DNA from: a virus
Taxonomy: Duplodnaviria > Caudoviricetes
Virus record (IMG/VR): IMGVR_UViG_3300045116_000675
Location: 1-36,627 of that record
Reading direction: 5' to 3' (one strand)
DNA: 36,627 bases
The notes under the pieces are model-generated. The model searched no databases and was not told the DNA's origin. It saw only the letters and a list, made by a program, of their open reading frames with translations. The position numbers and the translations under genes are program-made. Below, in pieces: positions 16,067 to 25,195 of this stretch. Within the stretch, counting starts at the first letter, position 1. Each line of letters opens with the position of its first letter.

Positions 16067-17239
16067 GTGAAAGTCGAAGAGATCCCATTAAGTGAAATAA
16101 TCCCTTATGAAAAAAACCCGCGACATAATGAAAAAGCGGTTGATGTAGTTGCTAAATCCATTAAGGAATTTGGATTTAAGGTGCCAATCATTCTGGACGC
16201 GCATAATGTAATCATCGCAGGCCATACAAGACTCAAAGCAGCAATTAAACTCGGATTACAAACAGCACCAGTATTATGGGCAGATGACTTAACTCCCGAA
16301 CAAGTAAAAGCATTTAGGATCATGGACAACAAAACACACGAATACTCAACATGGGATTTCGACAAACTTAAATTGGAACTTGGAGACTTAAAAGAATTTG
16401 GCATGGCAGAATTAAGCGGATTTTCAGAAGCGGAATTAAACAAACTTATCCCGCAAGAATTCGCAAATGAAATCTTGCCGGATTCAACCAAACCAAAATA
16501 CGAAATACAAACTGGAGAAATATGGCAATTAGGCAACCATAAATTAATGTGTGGAGACTGTACAACTGAAGGCGTAAATAAGCTCTTTGGGGAGAAGGTA
16601 ATTAATATGATTCTGTCGGATCCACCGTATGGGGTAGACTATTCGGCTAAAAACGAATTTCTAAATTCTATTGCCAAGGGTAACAGAAATCAAACACCAA
16701 TCGAAGGGGATAAAGATGTTGAAATCAGAGTCCTAATATCCGACTTTCTAAAAAAAGCCAAATTAGCCGAACAAAATACAATTTACATTTTCACCTCTGG
16801 CAAAAATATAGCTTCTGTGATATATGGATTCGAAGACGCAAACTGTCATTACAGTCAGGATTTAAAATGGATAAAAAATAATCACGTGCTTGGCAGATTA
16901 GATTATAACCCAAAAAGTGAGAATATACTTTATGGGTGGAAAGGCAAACACGAGTTTTATGGAGGATTCCAGACAGATGTCCTCTTTTTCGATAAACCGA
17001 ATAACTCCGATTTACATCCCACAATGAAACCCATTAATCTATTAAGCGAACTATTAAAGCATGGTAGTAGAGAAAATGGGATAGTATACGACGGGTTTGG
17101 TGGTTCTGGTAGCACCTTAATTGCATGCGAACAAACAAACAGAATATGCTTTATGATGGAAATAGATCCAAAATATTGTTCGGTAATAATAGAAAGATGG
17201 GAAAATTTAACTGGTAAAAAAGCGGAGAAAATTCAATAA
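16067..17239 (+). CDS. ParB-like N-terminal domain fused to an N6A/N4C DNA methyltransferase
   Basis: PYEKNPR...IIAGHTRLKAA; DPPY catalytic motif; HPTMKP; DGFGGSGSTL; GTG start with SD GGAGG. Confidence 0.92.
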   Translation: MKVEEIPLSEIIPYEKNPRHNEKAVDVVAKSIKEFGFKVPIILDAHNVIIAGHTRLKAAIKLGLQTAPVLWADDLTPEQVKAFRIMDNKTHEYSTWDFDKLKLELGDLKEFGMAELSGFSEAELNKLIPQEFANEILPDSTKPKYEIQTGEIWQLGNHKLMCGDCTTEGVNKLFGEKVINMILSDPPYGVDYSAKNEFLNSIAKGNRNQTPIEGDKDVEIRVLISDFLKKAKLAEQNTIYIFTSGKNIASVIYGFEDANCHYSQDLKWIKNNHVLGRLDYNPKSENILYGWKGKHEFYGGFQTDVLFFDKPNNSDLHPTMKPINLLSELLKHGSRENGIVYDGFGGSGSTLIACEQTNRICFMMEIDPKYCSVIIERWENLTGKKAEKIQ

Positions 17240-17246
17240 ATTCAAC

Positions 17247-17630
17247 ATGGATGGATACAAAGTAAAAACAAAGGCCTTTTTGAAGCATGTCAAAAATAGC
17301 GGAGGAATTTTAACAATCATAGCTAAAAGGATGGGTGTAGATAGAAGTACATTATTTTATTGGTTAAACAGAAACCCAACATTTTGGGAATATGTATTCC
17401 AGGAAAGAGAACAAATAGTGGACATCGCAGAATCAAAATTAATAAACAAATTAAATAGTGATGAAGACTGGGCAATTAAATTTATACTCGGATCAACAAA
17501 CCGTGGCAAAAGAAGAGGGTACTCCTCTGAATACTCAATTGATAATAAGGAAGGACCATCTTACATATTCGAGGTGATTAATCCAAATGGCCCGACACAT
17601 CAAGTGGACTCCCAGCCAAAGGCAACTTGA
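17247..17630 (+). CDS. terS: Terminase small subunit (putative)
   Basis: HTH (IAKRMGVDRSTLFYW), DIAESKL, AIKFIL...GKRRGY; directly upstream of terL. Confidence 0.7.
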   Translation: MDGYKVKTKAFLKHVKNSGGILTIIAKRMGVDRSTLFYWLNRNPTFWEYVFQEREQIVDIAESKLINKLNSDEDWAIKFILGSTNRGKRRGYSSEYSIDNKEGPSYIFEVINPNGPTHQVDSQPKAT

Positions 17631-18972
17631 AGCATTTAGTTATTTAACAGACCACAAAACTACTGAGGTTTTTTATGGGGGCGGTGCCGGCGGAGGCAAA
17701 TCGTATTTAGGTTGTGTATGGTTAATTTATTGTTGTTTAGCATACCCCGGAACAAGGTACCTTATGGGAAGAGCTATTCTTAAAACGCTTAAAGAATCTA
17801 CACTTTTAACATTTTTCAGGATATGCAAGGATTTTGGATTAAAAAAGGATACAGATTTTAAGTATAACTCGATAGAGGGTAGAATAACACTCACAAACGG
17901 ATCTGAGATTTTTCTTAAAGACCTTTTTCTTTATCCGAGTGATCCTGAGTTTGATAGTTTAGGCTCGACTGAATACACGGGGGCATTCGTGGATGAGGTG
18001 TCAGAAATTACGGAAAAAGCTAAAAATATTGTAATGTCAAGACTAAGATATAAGTTAGACGAATTCAAAATAATACCTAAACTTCTTTTAGCATCTAATC
18101 CATCTAAAAACTTTGCATATAGAGAATATTGGAAACCGTGGATGGAGAATCGATTGCCAGAGTACAGAAAATTTATTCCTGCGCTTGTAGGAGACAACCC
18201 GCATATCTCCAAATTTTACGCTGAAAACTTAAAAAAACTCGATGAAAACTCAAAGCAAAGACTTTTATTTGGTAATTGGAATTACGACGATGACCCTACA
18301 AGACTTTTTGATTACAGTAAAATAATGGCCATCTTTGAAAACGAATACAGTGCGCGGACTAAAGATGAAAAATACTTGAGCGTTGACGTGGCCAGATTTG
18401 GTTCAGACAAAACGGTTATAGTGCAATGGCACGGATTTAACATAACAAACATCAAAGTATACGAAAAGAAAAGTACAAAAGAAATTCGAGAGATTTTAGA
18501 AAGTATTTCATATTACGAGCACATCCCAAAGTTTAACATTATCATTGACGAGGATGGAATAGGCGGAGGGATAGTAGACGAAATGAAAGGCGTAAGAGGA
18601 TTTATTAACAATGCAACCCCAATTGAACTAAAACAACCGCCAACCAGCTACACTAAACCGCCCAAACATAACTTTGCAAACCTGAAATCACAATGTTATT
18701 TTTATCTTGCAAATTTAATGAATGAAGGAAAGATCACATGCTTTAAGGAGATAAATCCAGAAATTAAAGACTTTTTGATTGCAGATCTACAGCAAATCAA
18801 AGTAAAAAACATTGAAAAGGACGGAAAAATAGCAGTAACGCCTAAGGACGAGATAAAGGAAAGCCTTGGAAGAAGCCCAGACTTTTCAGACGCAGTTATG
18901 ATGAGAATTTTCTTTGAACTAAAGGGAGAATATAAGCCATTTCTATCTGGTTTGCCTAAGCGTTATATATAG
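17587..18972 (+). CDS. terL: Terminase large subunit
   Basis: Walker A GGGAGGGKS, Walker B FVDE, ASNP, nuclease VDVARFGSD and SPDFSDA. Confidence 0.95.
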   Translation: MARHIKWTPSQRQLEAFSYLTDHKTTEVFYGGGAGGGKSYLGCVWLIYCCLAYPGTRYLMGRAILKTLKESTLLTFFRICKDFGLKKDTDFKYNSIEGRITLTNGSEIFLKDLFLYPSDPEFDSLGSTEYTGAFVDEVSEITEKAKNIVMSRLRYKLDEFKIIPKLLLASNPSKNFAYREYWKPWMENRLPEYRKFIPALVGDNPHISKFYAENLKKLDENSKQRLLFGNWNYDDDPTRLFDYSKIMAIFENEYSARTKDEKYLSVDVARFGSDKTVIVQWHGFNITNIKVYEKKSTKEIREILESISYYEHIPKFNIIIDEDGIGGGIVDEMKGVRGFINNATPIELKQPPTSYTKPPKHNFANLKSQCYFYLANLMNEGKITCFKEINPEIKDFLIADLQQIKVKNIEKDGKIAVTPKDEIKESLGRSPDFSDAVMMRIFFELKGEYKPFLSGLPKRYI

Positions 18973-18992
18973 CATAGGTTAATATTTAATAA
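18964..18992 (+). promoter_or_regulatory. Putative late promoter (TATATA-N9-TTAA-N2-TATA box)
   Basis: TTTAATAA at 18985, 29 nt before portal ATG; TATATA 21 nt upstream of it. Confidence 0.55.
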
Positions 18993-19013
18993 GTTTAAAT
19001 TAATTTAATATGA

Positions 19014-20849
19014 ATGGACATCCAGACAAAAGGATATTTTGCGCCAGTAATTCAAAAGCAGGAAAAAGAATTAGAAGAACTATTTAAAGGAACAGTTCAG
19101 GATGAAAAGATTAAATTTCCCAAAGAACTTGGTGTGGCACACCCATTCGACTTTGAAACATGCGAAAAGGTTGCAAACAAAATAAGTATAGTTTCTGGGA
19201 TAATTGGAAAATATGTTGATCACATTGTTGGGGAATATTCTGTAAAAATAAAGAATCAAAACGCTCAAAAAATAATTGAAAAGTTTAATAAAAACAGTCA
19301 AATTACAGTTCATCTGCGAGAGTGGATAAGGGACGGATTTGTAAAGGGAAATGGTTTTCTTGAAATAGATTTAGAAAATGAAAAAGTCGTAACAAGAAAT
19401 GCAAACAATATTTATATTGATAGAGATGAACAGGCGAATGTTAAAATGTATAATCAGCTCGTAGGTAAAATGCAGCCGGGCAAAATCAAAATAAATCAAA
19501 TTCCGCCAGATAGAATGGCGCATTTAAAGATCAATCCGTTACCAGAGGGAGCTTATGGTTATGGGATTGTTTATCCAAATGAGAGAGCAATTGAAACGAT
19601 GGTTCAGCACATACAAGACCATACCAAACTTTTATCCAGAAAGGCCGGAATGCCAATGCATGTTAAGATTGGGGTACCAGGCGAAATGACTAATCCATCA
19701 GTAGTTCAACAAGCTAAAGTAGATCTGCAATACATGACTAACTCCACAGAATGGGTAACCGATTCAAATGTTGACATGAAAGTTATAGACTTCCAGGGAA
19801 TTAATGAAAATATCTTAAAGGGATTTGAGAATGATTTGCTTAATGTAATGGCCGGCATGGAGTGTCCAGAGGTGTTAATTGGATCAGGTCAACTTAACGA
19901 GGGAATAGCCAAAGTACAATTAGAAGGATGGCAGCGAAAGATTGCCGCAATTCAAGAGCAAATAGAATTTTTAATTGAGGAAAAAATTTACAAACCAATA
20001 CTATTAAAAAATAAATTTCAATTAGATGTGGAGTTTAGTTGGAATCTTCCAGGAGAGGAGGAAATAAATAATCGCGTAAAGACAATCACAGAACTAATAA
20101 AATCTCCGTTTATTAGTCTGCAAATGAGAGCGGCCTTAGAAATTGAATTGGCTTTATTATTAAATATCGATGGTTTAAGCGATATTTTGACTCAACCTGA
20201 AAAGGCCAAACAAGCAAATAGTGAACGAGAAGAAGAAGAAAACGAAATACCGCAACCTGAAGTACCCGGTGCAAAGCCTAACGCACAAGAACACTTACAC
20301 GAAAGTCTATCGGACATGACCGTTCAAGAGTTTGTTAACCTTCAAGAAGCACGCGGGTTTAGTTATACTGATTATTTGATCAGGATATTGCAAAGATTGA
20401 ACATAGACACATTCGCATTGCTAAGGGCGCTAAACGATCAGGAAGTTGAGAACGGACTGCTTGATGACACTGAAATTGAAAGATTAAGAACAGTTCTCAA
20501 GGAAGGATTTAAGAATAATAAAACAATAAGTCAAATCGAGCAAGACATCGAAGCCAATTTAGATCTAAGGGACAGAGTAGTTCAAGATAAAGTAGTGGTC
20601 GCAAAGGAAAACAGGGCGAATATGATCGCTCGAACAGAAACAGTCAGATTAGCTAATTTAGGATTAGTCGATCTGTATAAGCAGAATAAAATAGACCAAG
20701 TGAGATTTTTAGCTGCATTAAGCGATAGAACTTGTCCAACGTGTGAAAATCTAAATGGGCAAGTATTCAACATGAATGAACTACAAGTCGGAAATAATCA
20801 ACCGCCAATACATCCAGACTGTAGGTGTACATTGGTAGGAGTAATTTAA
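19014..20849 (+). CDS. Portal protein fused to a C-terminal SPP1 gp7/Mu F-like head morphogenesis domain
   Basis: Follows terL; GNGFLE and AYGYG portal-like segments; C-terminal RANMIARTE...RTCPTC...PPIHPDCRC. Confidence 0.88.
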   Translation: MDIQTKGYFAPVIQKQEKELEELFKGTVQDEKIKFPKELGVAHPFDFETCEKVANKISIVSGIIGKYVDHIVGEYSVKIKNQNAQKIIEKFNKNSQITVHLREWIRDGFVKGNGFLEIDLENEKVVTRNANNIYIDRDEQANVKMYNQLVGKMQPGKIKINQIPPDRMAHLKINPLPEGAYGYGIVYPNERAIETMVQHIQDHTKLLSRKAGMPMHVKIGVPGEMTNPSVVQQAKVDLQYMTNSTEWVTDSNVDMKVIDFQGINENILKGFENDLLNVMAGMECPEVLIGSGQLNEGIAKVQLEGWQRKIAAIQEQIEFLIEEKIYKPILLKNKFQLDVEFSWNLPGEEEINNRVKTITELIKSPFISLQMRAALEIELALLLNIDGLSDILTQPEKAKQANSEREEEENEIPQPEVPGAKPNAQEHLHESLSDMTVQEFVNLQEARGFSYTDYLIRILQRLNIDTFALLRALNDQEVENGLLDDTEIERLRTVLKEGFKNNKTISQIEQDIEANLDLRDRVVQDKVVVAKENRANMIARTETVRLANLGLVDLYKQNKIDQVRFLAALSDRTCPTCENLNGQVFNMNELQVGNNQPPIHPDCRCTLVGVI

Positions 20850-21037
20850 TGGAAGCAGGAATATATATGGTTAACGGGGAACCGCAAGTCATTGGAAAAC
20901 CCAAATGTCATAATTATGAAAATTGTCGAAATGAAGCAATAGGTTTAGTTGGGAAGATGTGGCTGTGTGGGAATTGTATAGTTAAATTGCAGAATAAATT
21001 GGATAAATTAAAGGAGGACTTAGTTTTAGAAGAATGA
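20849..21037 (+). CDS. Small Cys-rich (zinc-finger) protein
   Basis: CHNYENC...LCGNC; ATG 20849 in a TAATG overlap. Confidence 0.65.
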   Translation: MEAGIYMVNGEPQVIGKPKCHNYENCRNEAIGLVGKMWLCGNCIVKLQNKLDKLKEDLVLEE

Positions 21038-21372
21038 TAATCATAGATCCTCAAACAAGACAAAGAGTAGTTACAATGCCTCATGTGGGAGATATAACTT
21101 ATAATCTGAACGGAGATTCGGCAATTGCAGAGGAAACATTGCCTTTAATTGGACCATGGAATGATTATACTGGAAGTGATTACTCAGTCAATTCAAGAAG
21201 TTTACAACAATTTGCAGGGAATGAAAATCTTCTATTTGGAACGGATGTTGCACTTGAGGGCGCTAAAATTAATGATTTAACGGACTCTGGAGATCGAAAA
21301 AAAACAACTCGCTCAAGGATCAAAAAGAGATACGTTAGAATTGAAAATGGAAAAGCAGTTTGTTTTGAATAG
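21034..21372 (+). CDS. Hypothetical protein (head module)
   Basis: 112-aa ORF, ATGA-coupled. Confidence 0.7.
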   Translation: MIIIDPQTRQRVVTMPHVGDITYNLNGDSAIAEETLPLIGPWNDYTGSDYSVNSRSLQQFAGNENLLFGTDVALEGAKINDLTDSGDRKKTTRSRIKKRYVRIENGKAVCFE

Positions 21373-21667
21373 TGAGTCTGGAACTAATTTACTTGAAACA
21401 ACAAAAGTAAACGGAGTTTTAGACTCGATAGTCATCGAATCGCCAACAATAATGAAAGTAGTGATCGAAAGCGAATTAGGATATGTTCTTTTTAATAATC
21501 ATGAAGTATTTGGAACGAATTATTTTGCGCTGAGAGTTAGACCAATAGATAACAAGGGCCACGGTTGGAACTACTCAAGTGCAAAATATCGGTTAAACGA
21601 AAAACTCAGAATTGCCATTTTTGGTCAAGCTAATCAGCAAGTGAAACTAATTTTCAGATTCGAATGA
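21347..21667 (+). CDS. Hypothetical beta-rich protein (head module)
   Basis: ORF from ATG 21347; faint similarity to 24358..24738 (NGVLDSIVI vs NGTVQKVEI). Confidence 0.65.
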   Translation: MEKQFVLNSESGTNLLETTKVNGVLDSIVIESPTIMKVVIESELGYVLFNNHEVFGTNYFALRVRPIDNKGHGWNYSSAKYRLNEKLRIAIFGQANQQVKLIFRFE

Positions 21668-21697
21668 ATATATAATAAGCTACTTAATGTTTAAATA
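21667..21697 (+). promoter_or_regulatory. Putative late promoter
   Basis: AATATATAA-taag-CTACTTAATG-TTTAAATA; TATA 29 nt before ATG 21719; near-identical at 27592. Confidence 0.7.
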
Positions 21698-21718
21698 TTT
21701 GAAAGTTAATAACTTAAT

Positions 21719-22663
21719 ATGTCAATGTTAATATCAAACAGTAAAGAATCAAAAATCGGACAGGTAAAACAAAAAAATCAAATGCATAATTTAAATTTAA
21801 CATATAATGTACCATTCACGGAGTTAAACCAAGATGTCTCTGATAATTTCATCATTCAGGGTGTGGCGATATCTGCGACCACTACTGGTAATAATCATAA
21901 ATTTCTTCCAGAAGAGTTAAGAATGTCTGCTGGAAGTCTGAAAGGCGTACCTCTTCTACTTGACCATAGAAACGAAGCAATGAACATCAGGGGCAGAGTA
22001 ATTGAATCTGGTTATGATGAGAATAATATGAATATTCCATTTGCGGCACGAGTAATAGACAAAGAAATCCAAAGAATGATAAAGGATGGTAGGATTAATT
22101 CGGTATCGGTGGGTGCGCAGGTCAAGGAAATCGACGAGGAAGAAGGGGTGCTTATACCCAAGGGAATTACATTTAAGGAATTAAGTTTGGTAGCTGTCCC
22201 GGCAGATCCAAACGCAACATTCAACACAGCATTGACTGAGGCCTGGAATAGTAATACAAAGATAGAAGAGCCAGTATTACACGTAGAATCAAATTCAAAT
22301 TTACTGAAAGGAGGTCAAATGGAAGAAACTCAAGAAGTCTCAAAGGTTGAAAAAATCAATGAGAAAGAAGAACTCGAATCTTTGAAGAAACAACTTGCTG
22401 AATACAAGGCTAAGGAAAGAAAGACTCTTGAAGAGAAATATGTTGAAGCATGCAAGGAAAAGAATGTCAAGTCAATTGACGTAAAATCCTTAAATGATTT
22501 GGCATTGAATGCTCTGATTGAGCAAGTCAATAGCATTGTAATCGAGAAGGTTGAGGTTAAACCTACAATCAAAGAAGTAGAAGTCGAAAAAGTTCTTGAG
22601 GGTAAACGCAAGATCGTTGAAGGGCGAGGATCTCTTCGCGGTGGAGCCTTCTGGATTGAATAA
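21719..22663 (+). CDS. Prohead (HK97-type) protease with C-terminal scaffold region
   Basis: PLLLDH, SVSVG, ELSLVAVPAD motifs; E/K-rich coiled-coil C-terminus. Confidence 0.88.
   Translation: MSMLISNSKESKIGQVKQKNQMHNLNLTYNVPFTELNQDVSDNFIIQGVAISATTTGNNHKFLPEELRMSAGSLKGVPLLLDHRNEAMNIRGRVIESGYDENNMNIPFAARVIDKEIQRMIKDGRINSVSVGAQVKEIDEEEGVLIPKGITFKELSLVAVPADPNATFNTALTEAWNSNTKIEEPVLHVESNSNLLKGGQMEETQEVSKVEKINEKEELESLKKQLAEYKAKERKTLEEKYVEACKEKNVKSIDVKSLNDLALNALIEQVNSIVIEKVEVKPTIKEVEVEKVLEGKRKIVEGRGSLRGGAFWIE
22319..22663 (+). CDS. Nested in-frame scaffolding protein
   Basis: Strong internal SD GAAAGGAGGT before in-frame ATG 22319 (MEETQEVSKVEK...). Confidence 0.65.
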   Translation: MEETQEVSKVEKINEKEELESLKKQLAEYKAKERKTLEEKYVEACKEKNVKSIDVKSLNDLALNALIEQVNSIVIEKVEVKPTIKEVEVEKVLEGKRKIVEGRGSLRGGAFWIE

Positions 22664-23130
22664 TGGTAAGTGCAAGTCAACAGTCAAACCCGTTGGGTGC
22701 AGTTATTGTATTCGATGGAGGTAATCCGAAGACATTCACAGCTAAAGTTCTAAGCGAAACATTATCAGGTGGAGCATTGGTTCACACATCTGGAACAACA
22801 AATGATGTTGGTTCGGATATTGCGAGCTATACATCATCAGACCTTTTAATTGTTGGAGCGCAAGATGCTACAAGATTCAATGGTATTACTCTACTTAATG
22901 CAGGTTCTAATGAATGGACCACAGTGGCAACAAGAGGTGCATATCTTATGAGGTGTGCTGGTATTGTGTCTGGTGGAGCATTGGTTCAGCATAATGCATC
23001 AGGTAACGTATTAAACTGGGTTGGAAATACATCCGGTACAAGCGTAATTGAGAATACTATTGTCGGAAGAGCAATGACTACTTCAGCATCGGGAACTAAC
23101 GCTTATGCGTTGATCAATTTGTTAGGATAA
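22663..23130 (+). CDS. Capsid decoration/cement protein (putative)
   Basis: Between protease and major capsid gene; small, G/A/S/T-rich beta protein. Confidence 0.65.
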   Translation: MVSASQQSNPLGAVIVFDGGNPKTFTAKVLSETLSGGALVHTSGTTNDVGSDIASYTSSDLLIVGAQDATRFNGITLLNAGSNEWTTVATRGAYLMRCAGIVSGGALVQHNASGNVLNWVGNTSGTSVIENTIVGRAMTTSASGTNAYALINLLG

Positions 23131-23987
23131 TGGCATTTCAAAAAATACAGGAATACATCAATACAGATGATGGAACTCCTGGAACACTTTTAATCCCCAA
23201 GCTTATTTTACCACAATTGGTAGAGGAAGTTGAAAGAGCACTAATTCCAAGAGAATTAGCTGCAATGGTATTAAGAGGATTTCAAGGATCAACTATATCT
23301 GTAAATCTTGAAACACCAGGTACCTTAAACGTGCAGGTAGTATCAGAGGGAGCAGAAATTCCTCTTGATAATCTTCAATTTTCTGCTGTGACATTTAACC
23401 CAGTCAAATATGGTGTATCAGTTAAGATAACCAGAGAAATGATGGAAGATTCACAGTTTGATTTGATGCAGCGAAATATTGCTGCTGTAGGAAGAAGATT
23501 TGCTGAAAACGAAACAAAGTTGATCGTATTAGCATTGGATGGTGCGGCTGCGACTACTGCTGGAGGTGCTGCTATAACAATAGCAAACATCACAGAGAGT
23601 ATGCAAGATCTTGACGATGGTGATTATACGCCAACCGATATACTTGTCGGAACTGAAGTATTGAATGATCTTAGAAACATTGATACTTTTGTTGAAGCAA
23701 ATAAGGTTGGTAACACTGAAATGTTGCAAAGAGGGTTTTTAGGAACACTCTATGGAATGAATGTAGTTAAGCTATCTGGTTCAACTACTGCATTGCCAAG
23801 CGCAACATACAGAAAGTATGCATACGTCATCGATAGAACACAAGCATACGGTGTTGCAATTAAGAGAGATATCACAGTGGAAAACTTTGATATGCCTACT
23901 TTTGATATGCAAGGAGCAGCGATTACCCAAAGAATAGATGTACAACTACTTAGAAGTGCAGCTGTTTCAAAGATTACAACTACATAA
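23130..23987 (+). CDS. Major capsid protein (HK97 fold)
   Basis: GTLLIP, VSEGAEIP, KYGVSVKITREMMEDS, GTLYGMNVV. Confidence 0.92.
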   Translation: MAFQKIQEYINTDDGTPGTLLIPKLILPQLVEEVERALIPRELAAMVLRGFQGSTISVNLETPGTLNVQVVSEGAEIPLDNLQFSAVTFNPVKYGVSVKITREMMEDSQFDLMQRNIAAVGRRFAENETKLIVLALDGAAATTAGGAAITIANITESMQDLDDGDYTPTDILVGTEVLNDLRNIDTFVEANKVGNTEMLQRGFLGTLYGMNVVKLSGSTTALPSATYRKYAYVIDRTQAYGVAIKRDITVENFDMPTFDMQGAAITQRIDVQLLRSAAVSKITTT

Positions 23988-23990
23988 AAA

Positions 23991-24013
23991 TTCTTTTTTA
24001 TTTTTTTATTTTT
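23991..24013 (+). terminator. Oligo-T terminator after the capsid gene
   Basis: TTCTTTTTTATTTTTTTATTTTT with no GC hairpin, archaeal style. Confidence 0.65.
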
Positions 24014-24038
24014 CGTTAACTAAACTGAAAGGAGATAA

Positions 24039-24266
24039 ATGGTAACACAAGCAGGAAGCCTTATAGGACTGATAGACGGAATAAACCGAAGTGTTGGTAC
24101 CTCCGGATTAAGTTACGGGGGGATCATGTATCACAGAGGTAGTCCGGCTGATATTCTGACCGCCAACAATGGAAGCGATGTAGTTTTAGACATCGTAAAC
24201 AAAAACTATTACATGGCGTTAGGTCAGGGAGGCAGCACATGGATACGTCTTGTATCTGGAACATAA
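24039..24266 (+). CDS. Small virion protein (hypothetical)
   Basis: SD GAAAGGAG; 75 aa, Gly/Ser-rich. Confidence 0.7.
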   Translation: MVTQAGSLIGLIDGINRSVGTSGLSYGGIMYHRGSPADILTANNGSDVVLDIVNKNYYMALGQGGSTWIRLVSGT

Positions 24267-24357
24267 GGTTAAATACGCCGAAGAGCAGACCGAAAGGTGA
24301 TAAGGATGATTAAATATAAAATTTTTTCTCAATCAATAGTCAATGAAAGGAGGCAAA

Positions 24358-24738
24358 ATGGTTAGAGAAAATAGAATTAAAGAATATCGCTTTACGACGA
24401 CAGAAATAACTGCAAGTGCCGGCGAAATTATTTCAGCAGTTTCAAACCACGTTTTGAATGGTACAGTTCAGAAGGTCGAAATTTTAGCAAATAATTATAC
24501 TACAAATGGTAGTATTTACTTATTTGTCAGCGGAACTAATGAATTAATTTGGAGTAGAAATGGAACGGCCACAACAAGCGGAGCATTTTATCCGCATGTT
24601 TTTACAGTAGACCAAACAAATGTTACTGGTAGTCCTTATGTGATTACACAAAGAGTGATTAATTCTCCAGTTTATGTCGGTGGAAGCGGATTAGGTGCTG
24701 GAACGTCTGGACTTGGAATAAATATCATTTATATTTAA
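24358..24738 (+). CDS. Virion protein (hypothetical)
   Basis: SD GAAAGGAGG before ATG 24358; S/T/G/N-rich beta protein. Confidence 0.7.
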   Translation: MVRENRIKEYRFTTTEITASAGEIISAVSNHVLNGTVQKVEILANNYTTNGSIYLFVSGTNELIWSRNGTATTSGAFYPHVFTVDQTNVTGSPYVITQRVINSPVYVGGSGLGAGTSGLGINIIYI

Positions 24739-24739
24739 C

Positions 24740-25195
24740 ATGGCATTAGACACAATTGGAAGTATCGCCGGGCACATAGCAAGAAGCTTTGTTTTACCTG
24801 CTGGAATAAGTGGTAACTTGGTTGAAATTGTAGATATAGCCAGGATTGAAGCTCAAAATTTTACAGGTTATTCAATTGGAGCGGACTCAATTGATGAAAA
24901 ATTTCAAGGCGCGATTACTAACTTAGCAAAGGCACAAGCAATCGAAGAATCATTTGCCTGGGCAAGTACACTTGGAGTTTCCGGTGGAGCATTAGTAGCC
25001 GGAGGGATATCTGGCGGGCAAGATGTAAAACTTGCAGACTTGGAAGTATCAGAGTCTGGAAGAAGTCAAGAAGCCGAGGCATTGGATGCATTATCACAAT
25101 TAAGTAAGGAAACACCCAAACAGATTAGAGAGTTAGCCATAAATTCATTAAAAACAATTGGGCGAAATGTTCAATTTGTTAGGAGTTTAAGTTGA
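24740..25195 (+). CDS. Head-tail adaptor (putative)
   Basis: Position after capsid genes; helical 151 aa ending in a basic tail. Confidence 0.55.
   Translation: MALDTIGSIAGHIARSFVLPAGISGNLVEIVDIARIEAQNFTGYSIGADSIDEKFQGAITNLAKAQAIEESFAWASTLGVSGGALVAGGISGGQDVKLADLEVSESGRSQEAEALDALSQLSKETPKQIRELAINSLKTIGRNVQFVRSLS

Noticed and set aside
16067-17239. Restriction-modification or partition system
   Set aside because: ParB-methylase fusions next to terminase are common orphan viral genes; no cognate restriction enzyme or ParA in the window
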